From Octopus vulgaris (taxonomy: Eukaryota), in the NCBI GenBank assembly GCA_951406725.2, contig OX597823.1, positions 40,610,001 through 40,674,000 of the forward strand: a stretch of 64,000 nt of DNA. The letters are read 5' to 3'. Below the pieces are notes generated by a model. It was not told where the DNA came from. It did no database searches and was given only the letters and a program-made list of their open reading frames with translations. The first letter of the stretch is position 1. Every line of letters begins with the position of its first letter. Made by a program: the position numbers and the translations under genes. This document shows positions 28,112 to 42,090 of the stretch, piece after piece.

Positions 28112-29046
28112 TCTTTTTATCCCTTTTTTCTTTTTTCCTTTTCCCTTTTTTTCCTTTTTTCTTTTCCTTTTTTTTGTTCTTTTTTCCCTTTTACGATCCC
28201 TTTTGATCGAAAACCTACGCCACCTTTTCTTTTTTTTTTCTTCCCCCAAAAGAAAAGCTCTACCTTGTAACTTGTCCCATCTGTGTGCAGCCCTGTGTGG
28301 CCAATAAAGAAACTTATCTATCTATCTATCTATCTATCTGCCTGCCTGTCTTTGTCATAATTCAGCTTCTCTTTCTACGTTTTTGAATAACATCACAACC
28401 ATTGCATTTGTTCAATTCACAAAAAATGATACATTGTAGAAACATTCAAAGATGCTTCAAAGCGTTAAATCTGCCACCCTATTACCAATAATTAGCATCT
28501 GGCCCGTGATGTTCCTCTATATTACCAACTCATAACAAGAAATAGTAAATGAACTTTTAAATATTTCATAGCTAATAAACAAAACTGAATATGTTATAAT
28601 ATATATATATAAAACTAATAATAAAAGAATAACAATATTATTTTTCTTGTTTTATTAAACATTTGATTTTCTTACGTAGACCCAGCTATATTATGCGAAA
28701 AGTACCAATCTAGGGCGATAGATTATTGGAGTGTTAAGAAACACGATTCGGAGTTTTTCAGTATTTGTTCTGGTTCTTTGCATTCTCTGTTTAAGCCTTA
28801 CACCCTGACTAAGACTTAAAAGGTTATCTGACTTAACATAACAGCTTCGGAACTTGGGTATCTTGAGCAGATGCTACTCTGTGAGAAGAAACAGGTCCAG
28901 ATGAGTAGTTGAAGACAACTTCATCTCTTCTAGTATATCTGGTGGCCTTGTAAAAGCAGTGCCCACAAACATGTGACGATTTATAGTCCTTGGTTTCTGT
29001 GAAAAATAATTCTGCTTTACCTTTTGATTAAAAGGTGAACAAAAAT

Positions 29047-29450
29047 AGGCGTAGGAGTGGCTGTGTGGTAAGTAGCTTGCTAACCAACCACATGATTCCG
29101 GGTTCAGTCCCACTGCGTGGCATCTTGGGCAAGTGTCTTCTGCTATAGCCCCGGGCCGACAAATGCCTTGTGAGTGGATTTGGTAGACGGAAACTGAAAG
29201 AAGCCTGTCGTATATATGTATATATATATATGTGTGTGTGTGTTTGTGTGTCTGTGTTTGTTCCCCTAGCATTGCTTGACAACCGATGCTGGTGTGTTTA
29301 CGTCCCCGTCATTTAGCGGTTCGGCAAAAAAGAGACCGATAGAATAAGTACTGGGCTTACAAAGAATAAGTCCCGGGGTCGATTTGCTCGACTAAAGGCG
29401 GTGCTCCAGCATGGCCGCAGTCAAATGACTGAAACAAGTAAAAGAGTAAA
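29047..29450 (+). mobile_element. SINE family B (CORE-like, Octopus OR-type), full-length and well preserved
   Basis: A-box-like gtggctgtgtggtaag, B-box-like gggttcagtccc, CORE-like cttgggcaagt, an internal (TA)(TG) tract, and tail gaaacaagtaaaagagtaaaa. Confidence 0.92.
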
Positions 29451-29719
29451 AACATATTTGTTTGTAAATTCTTTTACTGTTATTTCGGCAGGTGCAGTAA
29501 AATCTGTGCTTCAATGAAGAGATCAGAATAAGACTAAAATTGTCTTGTTCGTTTATGCACAAAGGAAATATTATTGGCTATTGGCCAGTATAGATTTGTC
29601 TTTATATTTATTTCCAGTTACGTTTCTTTTCATGATCCCTTGAATACGTTACAACTAACTTACCAATGATGTCTATTAATTATAGGAGCAAAAGGTTTAG
29701 CTAATATTCAAATAGAAGC

Positions 29720-29922
29720 AAGGTGGTTTGCAGGCCGGGCAAAATGCTTAGCGGCTTTTCGTCCGTCTTTACGTTCTGAGTTCAAATTCCGCCGGTGACG
29801 ACTTTACCTTTCACCCTTTCAGGGTCGATAAAATAAGTACCAGTTGAACATTGGGGGTCGATGTAATCGACTCACTCCCTTCTCCGAAATTGCTGGCTTT
29901 GAGGCAAAATTTGAAACCAATA
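29720..29922 (+). mobile_element. SINE family A
   Basis: aaatgcttagcgg...ttacgttctgagttcaaattccgcc...gggtcgataaaataagtaccag...aaatttgaaacc. Confidence 0.85.
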
Positions 29923-30705
29923 TCAAAAAAGAAGGAGACAAAGATATGAATATACTTAAACATTTAAATCTACCAATGTTATGTATTGCCATTTTTTCAA
30001 ATGCTTTCTGTATGTTATAAGCACCCCCCCCCATCACCACGTGTCTGTAAAAGGATTCTAAAAGTTACTGAAGTCAGCAAAATATCCTTGTAGTCACTTT
30101 GGATTAAGCATTTTATGTGGATAAAAGGGTTAAGATAATTCATAATCATATAGAAGACTCGTACTTAAAAAGAAAATCATTTATTTTAATGCTCTACCAC
30201 CGACATAATAACTTCGCTGACCTAGAGAGGGAGGTTGCCCTTTCTAAAAGGTTAAGTTAGATTTCAGATTTCTGCGACAGAATGAACAATGCATTTTTGC
30301 CAGGCAACTTGAAATTCCATCAATATTCATTACATGGAATATTGATGGAATAATGATGAATATTCACTAAGAATTTCCCGTTCTGTCGAATTAAAGAACG
30401 TCAACCCGTGCATAGGACACGAATATACACGCTCTGAGTTAATATCGTAATAGTCTCTGTATTCTTCATCTGGGACATGCAAGTTAATTAAAAGATGGCT
30501 AATTATTTGATGATTATCTTATTTGCCTTCACCTGAGACAATTATTTCCATGTGATGTCCCTCTTCAATTAATTTACAAGTTCAGGAGGATTCAGCTAAT
30601 CTTGGGGTGTTTGGAAATTAATTAATTACAAAGAAAGCTGGCCAGTTACAGCTTATTAGAGTATGCATAAGTTTACACATACACACACACACACACATAC
30701 ACATA

Positions 30706-30750
<45 letters not shown>

Positions 30751-30924
30751 GTATACATATATATTTGGATACATATGTACATATATTTATGCATATATGT
30801 ATATATGTACATATACATTTGCAAACACATATATATAAATGTATATATTCGTATACATATGTGTATATATATATGCATACACACACACATATATACATAT
30901 ATATATTAGTATACATATGTGTGC

Positions 30925-30955
<31 letters not shown>

Positions 30956-31237
30956 TACAAATATTCGAATGCATTCGCATACATATTTGTATGTACATCC
31001 ACGTATATATATAAGTGTTCTAATCTTAATCTTTCGCAATTTCTAGATAATTTCGTTTTGTTCTAGACTAAATCTATTTTAGATTTTGCTATCAAAGTAG
31101 TTTACTCATTAAACAAGGCATTCATTTTAGTAAATATATCTATCGTGTATTATTGGCTATATTGTATAGGCTGTTAATTAGTTTAATGCTATTTCGACTA
31201 TTTGTGTGTATGGTATGTATGTGTACGTGAGCGTGTA

Positions 31238-31268
<31 letters not shown>

Positions 31269-31564
31269 ATGGTTATGTGTGGGTACATGTATACACAACG
31301 TTTACAGGTTTGCGTACGGAGGTGAGTGTATTTCTATAGTTATATGTGCGAATGTCCTTATATATACACTTTGGTATGCTTTTGAATATCATTAGATATA
31401 GAATTATATATATATGAGACGTAGACACGACAGATCTTTAGACGCAAAGTGTATGCTATGTGTGTCCGTGTAGATGACTGTTTATTGTTGGAAGGCATGC
31501 GTACACAGGTGAATCTATTTATATAACTATAAATGCGAATACCTGTACATACACACATACATAC

Positions 31565-31641
<77 letters not shown>

Positions 31642-31646
31642 CATAC

Positions 31647-31776
<130 letters not shown>

Positions 31777-31983
31777 GCATTAGTATGCGTTTGTATATCA
31801 ATAGATATAGAATTATATATATGTGTGTGTTACGGGGTGGGGTTCGACATTACAGATCGTTAGATAATACGAAGCTTAGTATTTAACCAGATCTTTCTTT
31901 TGTTCATGTATGGAAGAAGATGCAAAACTGTCGTTAGGTCGATATGTGTAGTGACTGGACATTTATTCTATTAAAGAATTAGG

Positions 31984-32380
31984 GAATCGCAGATAATGAC
32001 CGAAAGAATCCGGTCACAAATACAAGGGGCCAAAATGCGGTTCCTTCAGAGGATCTGTGGTGTAACGTCAAACGAGTCGGGGGCGTATCTCCATGTGGAG
32101 CCACTACTTCTCCGCATTGAGAAGTCATAGCTCCGGTACTACGAATAAGTAGTAACAAGAAAGAATCGCAAGACGATTTTCTTCAAGCCTTGCCAATAAG
32201 CAGGAGACTTAGGGATAGACTAAGAATGATATGATTGGATAATATCCACAGGCTCAGTCGGTCCTGCTTGGGAATAAATATATCGGGATTGCGTAATGGC
32301 AATGGATTCTGATAGAACCCTGAGTACTCTCCCTCCACCCCACGGCACTCCCAGGGACTGTGGACAGATAAAATGGATGC
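31984..32380 (+). mobile_element. RTE-clade (Expander/Rex3-like) LINE 3' remnant
   Basis: ESQIMTERIRSQIQGAKMRFLQRICGVT ... HVEPLLLRIEKS*LRYY ... ERIARR ... LDNIHRLS matches the RTE C-terminal WVMTER.RSRIQAAEM.FLRR...VEPLLL.IERSQLRW pattern. Confidence 0.8.
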
Positions 32381-33043
32381 TGAGGGTGAATTGTACCAGT
32401 TGAGGGATGTTTTTGAGGTATCTATGTAAGGAGACATACGAAAATGAAAAACATCTGTATTTTACAAGTGGTCTCATTTGTACTGGGCGAAATTGTCGAG
32501 TAAGAGGTGTAAACGAATCTTGAGGATATAAAGGATGCGAGAGAAAGCTTCTATCTTTTACGGCTATTGATGCAGCAATTAAAGTTAGACAAGGGTTAAT
32601 GGTGTCTTCATTTAGTTAATGCTTTATCGTTCGTTTTAGCTATCATCGTTTGAACCGGTGCAGACTGTTCGTTTGCTGTTGAAACTTATATCAAGAACTG
32701 TGAACCGGGGAAGTTATTTTTGTCGCATTTTCTGTCAGAGAGGATAGCGCGACACTAGAAGCTATCTAACAATGCCTTTATGTCTATAAAATAAGAGCAA
32801 GATGAAATCCACAGGCAAGCAAATTTACAAAAACGTTCTGATAAATGTAACTTTGTTCTCAAGGATGGGGAACAATAATACGTGATATACCTACTTTATC
32901 TTTCAATGGTTCTTCATCTAATCTTTTGATTTATCTAGGTCTATTCTCTGTTTTGTTTCACTGATAGTATTTTACAACAAAGACTGGAAAGTTTGGTATA
33001 TTTTTAATTCCGTGTTACACGTGTTTCATTACAGTAATTTTGA

Positions 33044-33292
<249 letters not shown>

Positions 33293-33499
33293 GGCACAAA
33301 CGAACGAACGAACCCCAAAGAACCAATATAACCCCAGTTCAGAATGATAACACCAAGCCATATAACTTAAGAAAACCGGACAGAAATTACCCCAATAAAA
33401 CTGACATGAACAATAATAGAAATTAAAATAACCATAGAAAGAAATATAATAATCATAACAGTAACTACACTCTACACGAATACTGAGGACAGCTTCTAC

Positions 33500-34805
33500 A
33501 CCAAAAATAATAATATTAAAAATAAACGAAATAGCGATAAGATCTGGTTAATAATCCCTTTCGTGATGCAGCTTAAATCTAACATAGTTCACTCTATAAT
33601 GAGACTTATAGATAAGCACTTGAACTTAAATAACAAATATTCAGGAATCTTTAAGAATACAATTAGAGTAGCCCATAGCCTAACTAGTAACCTAGCTACC
33701 ATCATAGCCTCGATCAACAATAATAAGCTAAACGCCCTCTACGAAACTAGGAAAAATAGCAACATAAAACATAACAGCCAACAGGCATATAGAATAAATT
33801 TCATCCCTAATAGCTCGCCCTCAAACAACACGGACAACGACCTGATAAATAATACCCCCCCCCCCTCCCAACACAAGCACAGATAAACTGAATAATTTAT
33901 GTGGCTGCAGAGACAGAAATAAGTATCAATTCTCCACTAGGTGTTAAACAAAAAACGTAACATACCAATGCGGTGTACTCGCAAGTAACCATACGAAATC
34001 TTATATAGGAGGCACGGAAAAAGAAACGATACTTAGATACAATTCCCACCAATCTACCTTTAGAAATAGAAGTAAAGCAAACTCTACAGGACTTAGTAGC
34101 TACATTTGTGAATTAAAAGACAAACTAATAAACTATAGTTTAGAATGGCGTATCCTAGCAAACATTTCGCCCTATAGCATTAACAGCCTATAAGCTAGTG
34201 ACACATAGGTCCTATTAACCACACCGGATATCCCTAATAGGAGTAACTCCCTCAGAATACATGAGCGGTCAACTAGCTGAACAGGCAGACACATGGAAGT
34301 CATCCGAATAACTAACTACGAGATCTTAGATTCAACCAACCTCTATCCTTTATCTACCTCACAATGGATTTAATGAACTTTGAACCTAACTAAAATGTAA
34401 GACTTTCAAATCATTGAACACTTTCTGTTCCGGTTTCTCTCTCTATCTTTCGCTCTATTCTCCTCTTTATCTAGTTCTGCCTTCTTCGTTCTGATGACGT
34501 CTACCAATTGCAACGAGGTAAATACATATTTACCTCAACCTGGTACACAGAAGCAGCTGTAAACTCACTTTTACCCTCACCTTGCTTAACTAATTAAATA
34601 ATGGGTTTTTAGCACCAAAGACACACTTCTCTTAGCTTTTCTTCTCCATTTTCTTATTGTCTATATATACAATAAACTATTGTTTACCTTTTAAATTACC
34701 TGCTGCCGTATACATTATACCAAGCACCATATTTACCGAGATAATTATCAGGAGTACCTTTGGATACATCTATCCCTTAGAGGGTTTAAACACCTCTAAC
34801 TTATA
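33500..34805 (+). mobile_element. Penelope-like element 3' fragment: RT thumb/linker, GIY-YIG endonuclease and terminal repeat
   Basis: KIWLIIPF..LKSNI...LIDKHL...IFKNTIRVAHS...NL..II..INNNKL (ORF 33563), then CGCRDRNK...VTYQC...KSYIGGTE...RYNSHQSTF...STGLSSYICELK...LEWRIL (YIG at 34002-34010). Hammerhead at 34488-34564, with AATAAA downstream. Confidence 0.9.
34488..34564 (+). ncRNA. Minimal hammerhead ribozyme with extended stem II (core mutation GAAA to GAAG)
   Basis: gtt-CTGATGA(34491-34497)-c-gtctacca...gaggtaaata/tatttacctc...tggtacac-a-GAAG-C-AGCT-GTA-aac. Stem III loop is palindromic and the cleavage triplet is GUA. Confidence 0.7.
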
Positions 34806-34900
34806 TATATAGGTAGAGTGAGAGAGAATGAAAGAGATAATAACATGTTAGTATTCGACATTTGTTAGATTTCCAAGTTGTAGACAAGTAGATGGAATGG

Positions 34901-34980
<80 letters not shown>

Positions 34981-35322
34981 TATTATTTCCTTTTTAGCGA
35001 ATAGAACTCACTGTATAGTTTTTCGAAATAATGAGACAAATTCTTGTAGCAAGAAATTAATTAGGGATGTTAATCAAGTTCTATGGCGCCTTTTGAAGGT
35101 AATGAAACGGATGCATATATGTAAAAAATAATATTTATAGGTAAATTCAGTAAATAACCATATTTACTTTGTGTGACGCAAGTGCCAAAATTTTTATGAA
35201 TTGTGGCAACTCCTCTCTAGCTACCTCGGAAGATGATAAATTATGATGTACATAGTAGTGGATAAGCCAGAATGTTGTATACATACATAATACATATATT
35301 TATGTAGGTGTATACACTCACA

Positions 35323-35377
<55 letters not shown>

Positions 35378-35749
35378 TGTAGAATTGGTTGTAAATACCT
35401 TTCAAGACCCATGTTCCCTATTATGACAAATATCTAAAGAGTAAATCGAGAGATAGAGAGAGGAAGCGAGGAAGGGGGTGAGAAAGAGAGAGTGAGAGGT
35501 GGGGAGAGATCAGTTTGCATGCATGTGTGGATATATTCCATATTAATGTGATAATATATTTGTTTTAGGTTTCAGTAAACACGATCTGAATTGCATGTTT
35601 AAGTTAACTTAAATGTGAACACACCAATTTGAAGTTTATCTCTTTTCTGGTTTTGAGAAGTGAATCATACAGATAACCAATTATTATAGTTTCGTGTCTA
35701 TATCATATTTCTTTATATTTCTAAGCCATCTTACATATTCTTTGTATTA

Positions 35750-37400
35750 TTTACTCAAACCATTCCTGCAACGTGGAAGAGTTCAGTAATTGGCAAAACC
35801 AGCAGGTGATCCATACTTTGGACAGTTCCATAGTAACAGCAAGTGGATTCCACATTATTTCCTTGTTTCACTTAAGTTTCTTTGGTTAGAGTAAACACAA
35901 CATTTAGACAACGATTATCAATGAGCTTGCGCATTAACAAGGCATATGTTAACCCCTGAATGCAGCACGCTTGTTTAGAATATGCTTATACTCAAAGGGT
36001 TTCCATGACCTGATCTCTCAGATATTTTAAGTAAGAAAGAACATAGTAGCTATTCTACTCTTATTTCAGATTTGGATTGTTCGTTCATGACATACCTAAG
36101 CAGAACCGACATTGCATTAAGTTTAAAGCAGCAAATAGTAAAGATGAGTTGGAACAAAGTTTTCCGACTTTAAGACAAAAAAAGTAACATTATTTTCTGA
36201 GTAGTCATGTTTTGGTAAAAAAACTGGTGTCTCAAGGGGAAGGTGTTCCATGATGTGTTTCCATCAATCAATCTGTTTCTGAATTTACAAAATACACACA
36301 GGCACACACATCCACCCACACATACACTCAGGTGAATGTTTTGACACACAGAAGGATGATGATTACTATCATAGAATATGTATATATATATATATATATT
36401 TCCATATACATTTTCTCTGAGACAAAATAATACAACCAGTACAGTTCCATGTTTTGTATATACATAAATGCTATATAACACTGTATTTAAGTATACCTGC
36501 AAGCGTGTAGAAGATGCCGAATACAGATATATTCATATGGGATATCAAATCAAACCGTCACAGGTTTTGTTAGATAAATAACTGGCTGTATATATTTTAA
36601 AAACCAATGTAATGTCAAAGCGTTTATGATTTATAACCCCACAATCTGTCAGAAATGGAAGAGTGTGGAATATATTTCTTATGGTAGTGAAAGATGGTGA
36701 GAACGACTTTTGTAAACTGAATTTTCGGTCGTGCACATGGCCATCTTTAGAGGTAAAGATTTTGTTTTTTAGTCTCCTGTCTGGCCGGGAGTGGTGGTTG
36801 AAGAAGACCGATGGAAAGATTATTGATTACTGTGGTTATTTATGTATGATCTTGAGAAAAGCACAAAAGTTCACAGTAGACCCTAATGTGCCTAATGCAT
36901 ACATACATATGATTATTGATATCATAGAAAAACATACTTAAAAGTGTGTCAGAACAACTATACTTAGCTATCAGTTTACTGAAAAGTAGTGGGTTTACAA
37001 TGGTTTGACATTTTAAGGTGACTAGATGACCTTGTATCGCATGATGCAGGCCAGTTTTCCAGGCTCTCTCCCCTTTTAAGCATGGATGCATGTTGAATAC
37101 GGTTAGCTTGTGCTGGAGATTTTCATGTTACCATGAACATTTACAACTGGCTTAAGATATAGACAATTAGTAGGTATCCTCACAAACTATTCTGGAGCAT
37201 TTGATTGATGACAATAGCGCGGGCTATACAGGTGGGATGGCGTCATGACATCGGTTAGCACGAACGAACATGACATTGACAATTTCAGAAAGCAGATAAA
37301 AACTATACAGAACAGAAATCGTCTTCAGGTTCTCAGCTGAAGCGAACTGCTCTGTAAATTTTCCTCAAAATGCAAGCCATTCAGTTGTGATATTAAACAG
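35750..37400 (-). mobile_element. Highly decayed non-LTR retrotransposon (RT and C-terminal CCHC; I-group/Ingi-like)
   Basis: Degenerate motifs in the correct order on the minus strand: IPPV*..RAIVI (~37230), YLLIVYILSQL*MF (YRPISLL-like, ~37165), TIVNPLLFSKL (~36995), PQ*SIIFPSVFFN (~36815), TCCYYGTVQSMDHLLV (~35820). Confidence 0.5.
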
Positions 37401-38288
37401 TATGTCGAGCTTGCGTAGGATCACTAACAGTTGAAATGCTAAAGTATTTCAAACGTCTGTAGTTCTGTCTTTAGAAATAAAGACATCTTGAAAATGTATT
37501 ACCTGGAGACAAGGAGGAGATAATACAGATATTACATGAGTACTTCTAGACAGAACACCACCTACAAACTTGTCAGGTGACTTTACAGACAAATACAATA
37601 ACAAGAACAAAAGAAAAGCTGATCATAAAGGAAACGAAACAACCCCAATTTTAAGAAATAATCTGAACAAATTTCCCCCAGTTGTCACAAACCCCAAAAT
37701 CTGATAAATTCTAAAAGAAAACCTATTGATGCATGCGATATCATGACTGACGTCATAGCATATGTAAGCTACTTATAAGTTTTCTTACGGTCTTTATCAT
37801 AATAATGATAATTGCATTGATGAAGGATGTGATGTTGATGATAACAGTGATTGTAAGGATGCTGGCAATGTTGAGGAAGTGAAATTAATGAAAATGTTAT
37901 AATGATAATAATGATTAGCGTAAAGATGGCGATAATGATTGATTTGACAAAAAAAAACACAAAATACAAAATAACAATTGTTTTGCTAGTGTTGTACGTC
38001 TTCACGTGGCCACACAACCGAGACTAAATTGAAATTGTTTATTGCTCATGTCTTGCTTAATTGCAGCTTGTGAAGAATGGCTTCGCTGGATTTAGTTATT
38101 TCATTAAAATATTTTTCATATTTTATCACTTGTCTTCAACTGAACTAAATGGTGTCTTTCTGAATTAATTAGTGAACGGAGAAAAATGAATTAAATGTAT
38201 GCATAAATTATTTCTTGATGCAGAGATGTATATCGGTTTGTGTGAACATATGCATCTGCGAGTCACATGTATGTACATCTCCCTCTCT

Positions 38289-38327
<39 letters not shown>

Positions 38328-38328
38328 A

Positions 38329-38386
<58 letters not shown>

Positions 38387-38988
38387 TGTGTGTGTGTGTA
38401 TGTGTGTACATAAGTATGTCTGTTCGCAAATGTTGACTGACGATCACACGATCATAAAGATTTAAGTATCAATGGTATTTGTCCAAATTAGCTCACCCTC
38501 TGGTGCCAAAGATATTGATATCTTGAAAATCATCAGGATACTATTAATGTGTATAGCTCTGATATATACATTCATCTCTCATGCATGAAATTAAATTTCA
38601 AATGTACAATTCTAAATTTTAAAATGAAGCGCATTCGATGTAACATTAGCAATCCAAGTTGTAATTGCAATGTGGAATAGCAATGAAGTCAAATAGATTG
38701 TATGTGTATGTGTGTGAGCATATATATATATATATATATATATGTGAGTGTATGTGTGTGTGTGCGTGTGTGTAACTGTGTGTTTGTTTTCTGTGTATAT
38801 ACATCTATATATGCCCATGTATGTACATTTGTGAAGCATATATATACATTGTACATGCACTTATATAAACATGTGTATGTGTGTGTGTGTGTGTATGTGT
38901 GTGTATGGACACATAGACACGCATACACGTACACACTGACACACGCATGCACGCACACAGAATCACACACACGTACACACGCATACAG

Positions 38989-39032
<44 letters not shown>

Positions 39033-39396
39033 TTATATATATATTGCAATCAAATATATTTCTGATATCAAAATAATTAAAAAGCAGTGTTGTATGTTTT
39101 CAACACCGAGTAACGACTTCATCTATAGTTAGAAACATTTTAAGAATATTTTTTTTTTATAGTTCACATTAATCATTACAATATAGTGTTCTGATATATT
39201 AATTCGCGTTGGTTTGTTAAATTCTGACACATTTGTAAATCTCCTTGGCATTTCACTTAAACTTTTTTGTCTTGTTCCATCCTTAGTTTTCAATCTTTGG
39301 TCTCCAGCACTAATATATATAAACCTCTAGTTTTATGAATTTAGTATTTATTCTCGTGTAGGTATAAAACTGAAATGTCTGTTTTATCCGTTTTCC

Positions 39397-39410
39397 GTTT
39401 CTATGGTAAC
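39397..39410. promoter_or_regulatory. RFX X-box-like motif
   Basis: GTTTCTATGGTAAC fits the 14-bp X-box consensus in non-repetitive sequence. No associated gene was identified. Confidence 0.3.
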
Positions 39411-41095
39411 AGTGAATATGCATTACGTAGGAACAAGGAGAGGGCAGGCTCGAGTCAGAAGAAAACAAGAAACGATATTGGAAAATCCAGAAAAAAAATA
39501 AAAGAAAGGAAAATATTTTGAAATATTTCGTTTCTTCTTGATAGATTTTTGCAGTAAGAATTTCCTTTTAGACATGTCTGAGGATCCCGAGAATACCAAG
39601 CGTGTGTTGCTAGCGTGCTTATACCTACCTACCTACCTACCTACCTATATCCATACATAAATGTGTGTGTGTGTGTGTGTGTGTAGGAGTTGCACGTGTT
39701 TGGCAACTGACTTGATCACAGTGCGTGACTTGAAACAGAAGCTGCTCACTCGTAAAAGAACGTTGGTGTCATAGTATTATTACTATTACAGATTTAAGCA
39801 AAAGTGAATTTACAAATATCTGTGTGTGTTTTAAATGGCTATAATGACTCTCCAAAGATGTCATTCTTGTCTACATGTTTGTTTTAGCAAGTAATTAATG
39901 GAGGTACGTTATCTCCGTTAATTACATACACATACAATATTCACTCGTGCATTAGTCGTACTATTTTGTACTTGATTTTAACTGAAAAAACCTGGTGGGC
40001 GGTAACTAATGAACAGAGCACTGCTAAAAACTATGACAGAAAATTATTTTGTGCGAAAATTTAACACTAAATTAAGGAAGCTACTTTTACTCGATACATA
40101 CACACATACGTATATATGTGTGTGGTTGTGTGTGTTTGTTTGCGTGCACGTGTGTGTGTAGTAACACACTTGTGCATATACATGCACCTATAGACAATCA
40201 TACAAACACGGCCAATCAATGGCGCAGCATGACAACCAAAACCAAAACCAAAACAAAGACGAAAAAGAACACTAGATAAGAAAATCCAGTGCTATCGTTA
40301 GAGAAAGGAATGCGGGAATCCAAGTAATGAGGTAAAACGGAATGGAGAATTGCAACAATATACAAAACGATATTGACTGTTCCAAAATCATTCCAATAAT
40401 CTCAGTGTTCTAATATTATTGATAGTTTATCGTCAAATAGATATCTGAAATATTTCGTCATTTTTCGCTTTTATTTATGGGTTCATATTTTATTGCATTT
40501 TCCTAAAAACACGTGCGTACATACACACGTGCGTACACACACAAACATGTTCATACATGTGGAAAATTTTTTGTAATATGTGCATGCAGAAGCTATCTTA
40601 TATGTGTATCTATATATACCCCCTACACACACACACATGTAAGTAGGAAACGTGTATCAACAAATAAATACTAGAAAAATGATATAGTTAGTTTTAATAA
40701 AAATTAATAGGTTAGAAAAAATGAAAGATAAACAAAAGTAATTATGTGTAATGTAACTTTTACCTTATGAAAATAGGAGTCGAAATTGTGCGGGTTTTGC
40801 AAGGGAGGTAACTTGAAAATGTAAAGAAAATATCTCAGAAGACTTCAGTCATGTGAGGTGATGAAAAGTGTCATAAAATGCTGGTTTCTGATAAGAGTGA
40901 CTTTTAAAAATGTCAAAGAAATTATGTTACGCGTTGAGAAGTTAGACACCAGATATTTCACGGCGTATTTGCAAGCATTCAAAGCTTCTCCTGTTATATT
41001 TAATCCGTTAAAATGATTCAATATAATAATATTGCATAATGATTCAATATAATAATAAGACATGATCATAATTTGAAAATAATATCAAGATATGT

Positions 41096-41294
41096 CAGAA
41101 ATGCTAGCACACGGGGCGAAATGCTTAGCAGTATTTCGTTTGACTTTACGTTCTAGGTTCAAATTCAGCCGAAGTCGACTTTGCTTTTCGTACTTTCGTG
41201 GTCGATATATTAAGTACCAGTTGCGTACTGGTGTCGATCTAATCAACTAGTCCGCTCCCCCAAAATTTCGAACCTTGTGCCTAGAGTAGAATTG
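41096..41294 (+). mobile_element. SINE family A, slightly 5'-truncated, 15-bp TSD
   Basis: aatatcaagatatgt occurs at both 41081-41095 and 41295-41309. Body and tail B are intact. Confidence 0.9.
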
Positions 41295-41887
41295 AATATC
41301 AAGATATGTTTATCAACATTAGAAAATATGATTCGAAATAAATATTAGAATATTAGGCGGGCGATTAGAATATGATTTTTATAGTCTCCTGTTGATTTTT
41401 CCTTAAGAGCGGATTTTATTCGTATTTAAGTTTAAATTCATATCCATATAAGTAAGATTAGTGAGTCTTAAAAGCAATTCTGTGTTATTTTTATCTCAGC
41501 ATCTCATCGCTCATTTCAATTCCGCAAAATATTTCGGTAGATCACCAAAACAGACACGGAATGTTGCACTTTCGAATGTTGTCGCCTCATGATGGGTGGC
41601 TTGATCAGTTCGGGCAAATCCGTGCAAACCGGTGAAGCAATTTGATTATTAAAAAAATATCTCGAAAAATTGTTTATGTCTAAAGGTTAATGTAGACATA
41701 TTTATTAATGAAGATAATCTCTTAACTATTTTTAGCTACCACTGTTGGCGCAAGGGTAGTAACAAGTTTCCCTTTCTTTGAACCTCCATTTAAACCAAGA
41801 AATTCTCATGCATAATCCCTATAATATATCTCTTGATAATTCTAAATAATTACTCTGTGTATTCTAATATTAAAAATATTCGTTTTA

Positions 41888-42090
41888 GACGGCAAGCTGG
41901 CAGAGACGTTACTGTGCCGGCAAAATATTTAGCGGCATTTTGCCCGTCTTTACATTCAGATATCAAATACCATTGGGGCTGACTGCTTTTCATCCTTTCG
42001 TGGCCGAAAAAATAAGTACCACTTAAACACTGGGGTCAACTACCTTCTCCGTAAATTTCTGGCTTTTACCAAAAATTGAAACTAATGTTA
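41888..42090 (+). mobile_element. SINE family A, diverged
   Basis: ggcaagctggcagagacgtta...gctttcatcctttcg..aaaataagtacc. Confidence 0.75.

Noticed and set aside
37500-37725. Possible Penelope RT N-terminal relic (PGDK…TTYKL…PKI)
   Set aside because: Too degenerate and A-rich to support without a profile search.
39565-39625. ttttag|acATGTCTGAGGATCCC… possible first coding exon
   Set aside because: No good donor, and the frame runs into a microsatellite.
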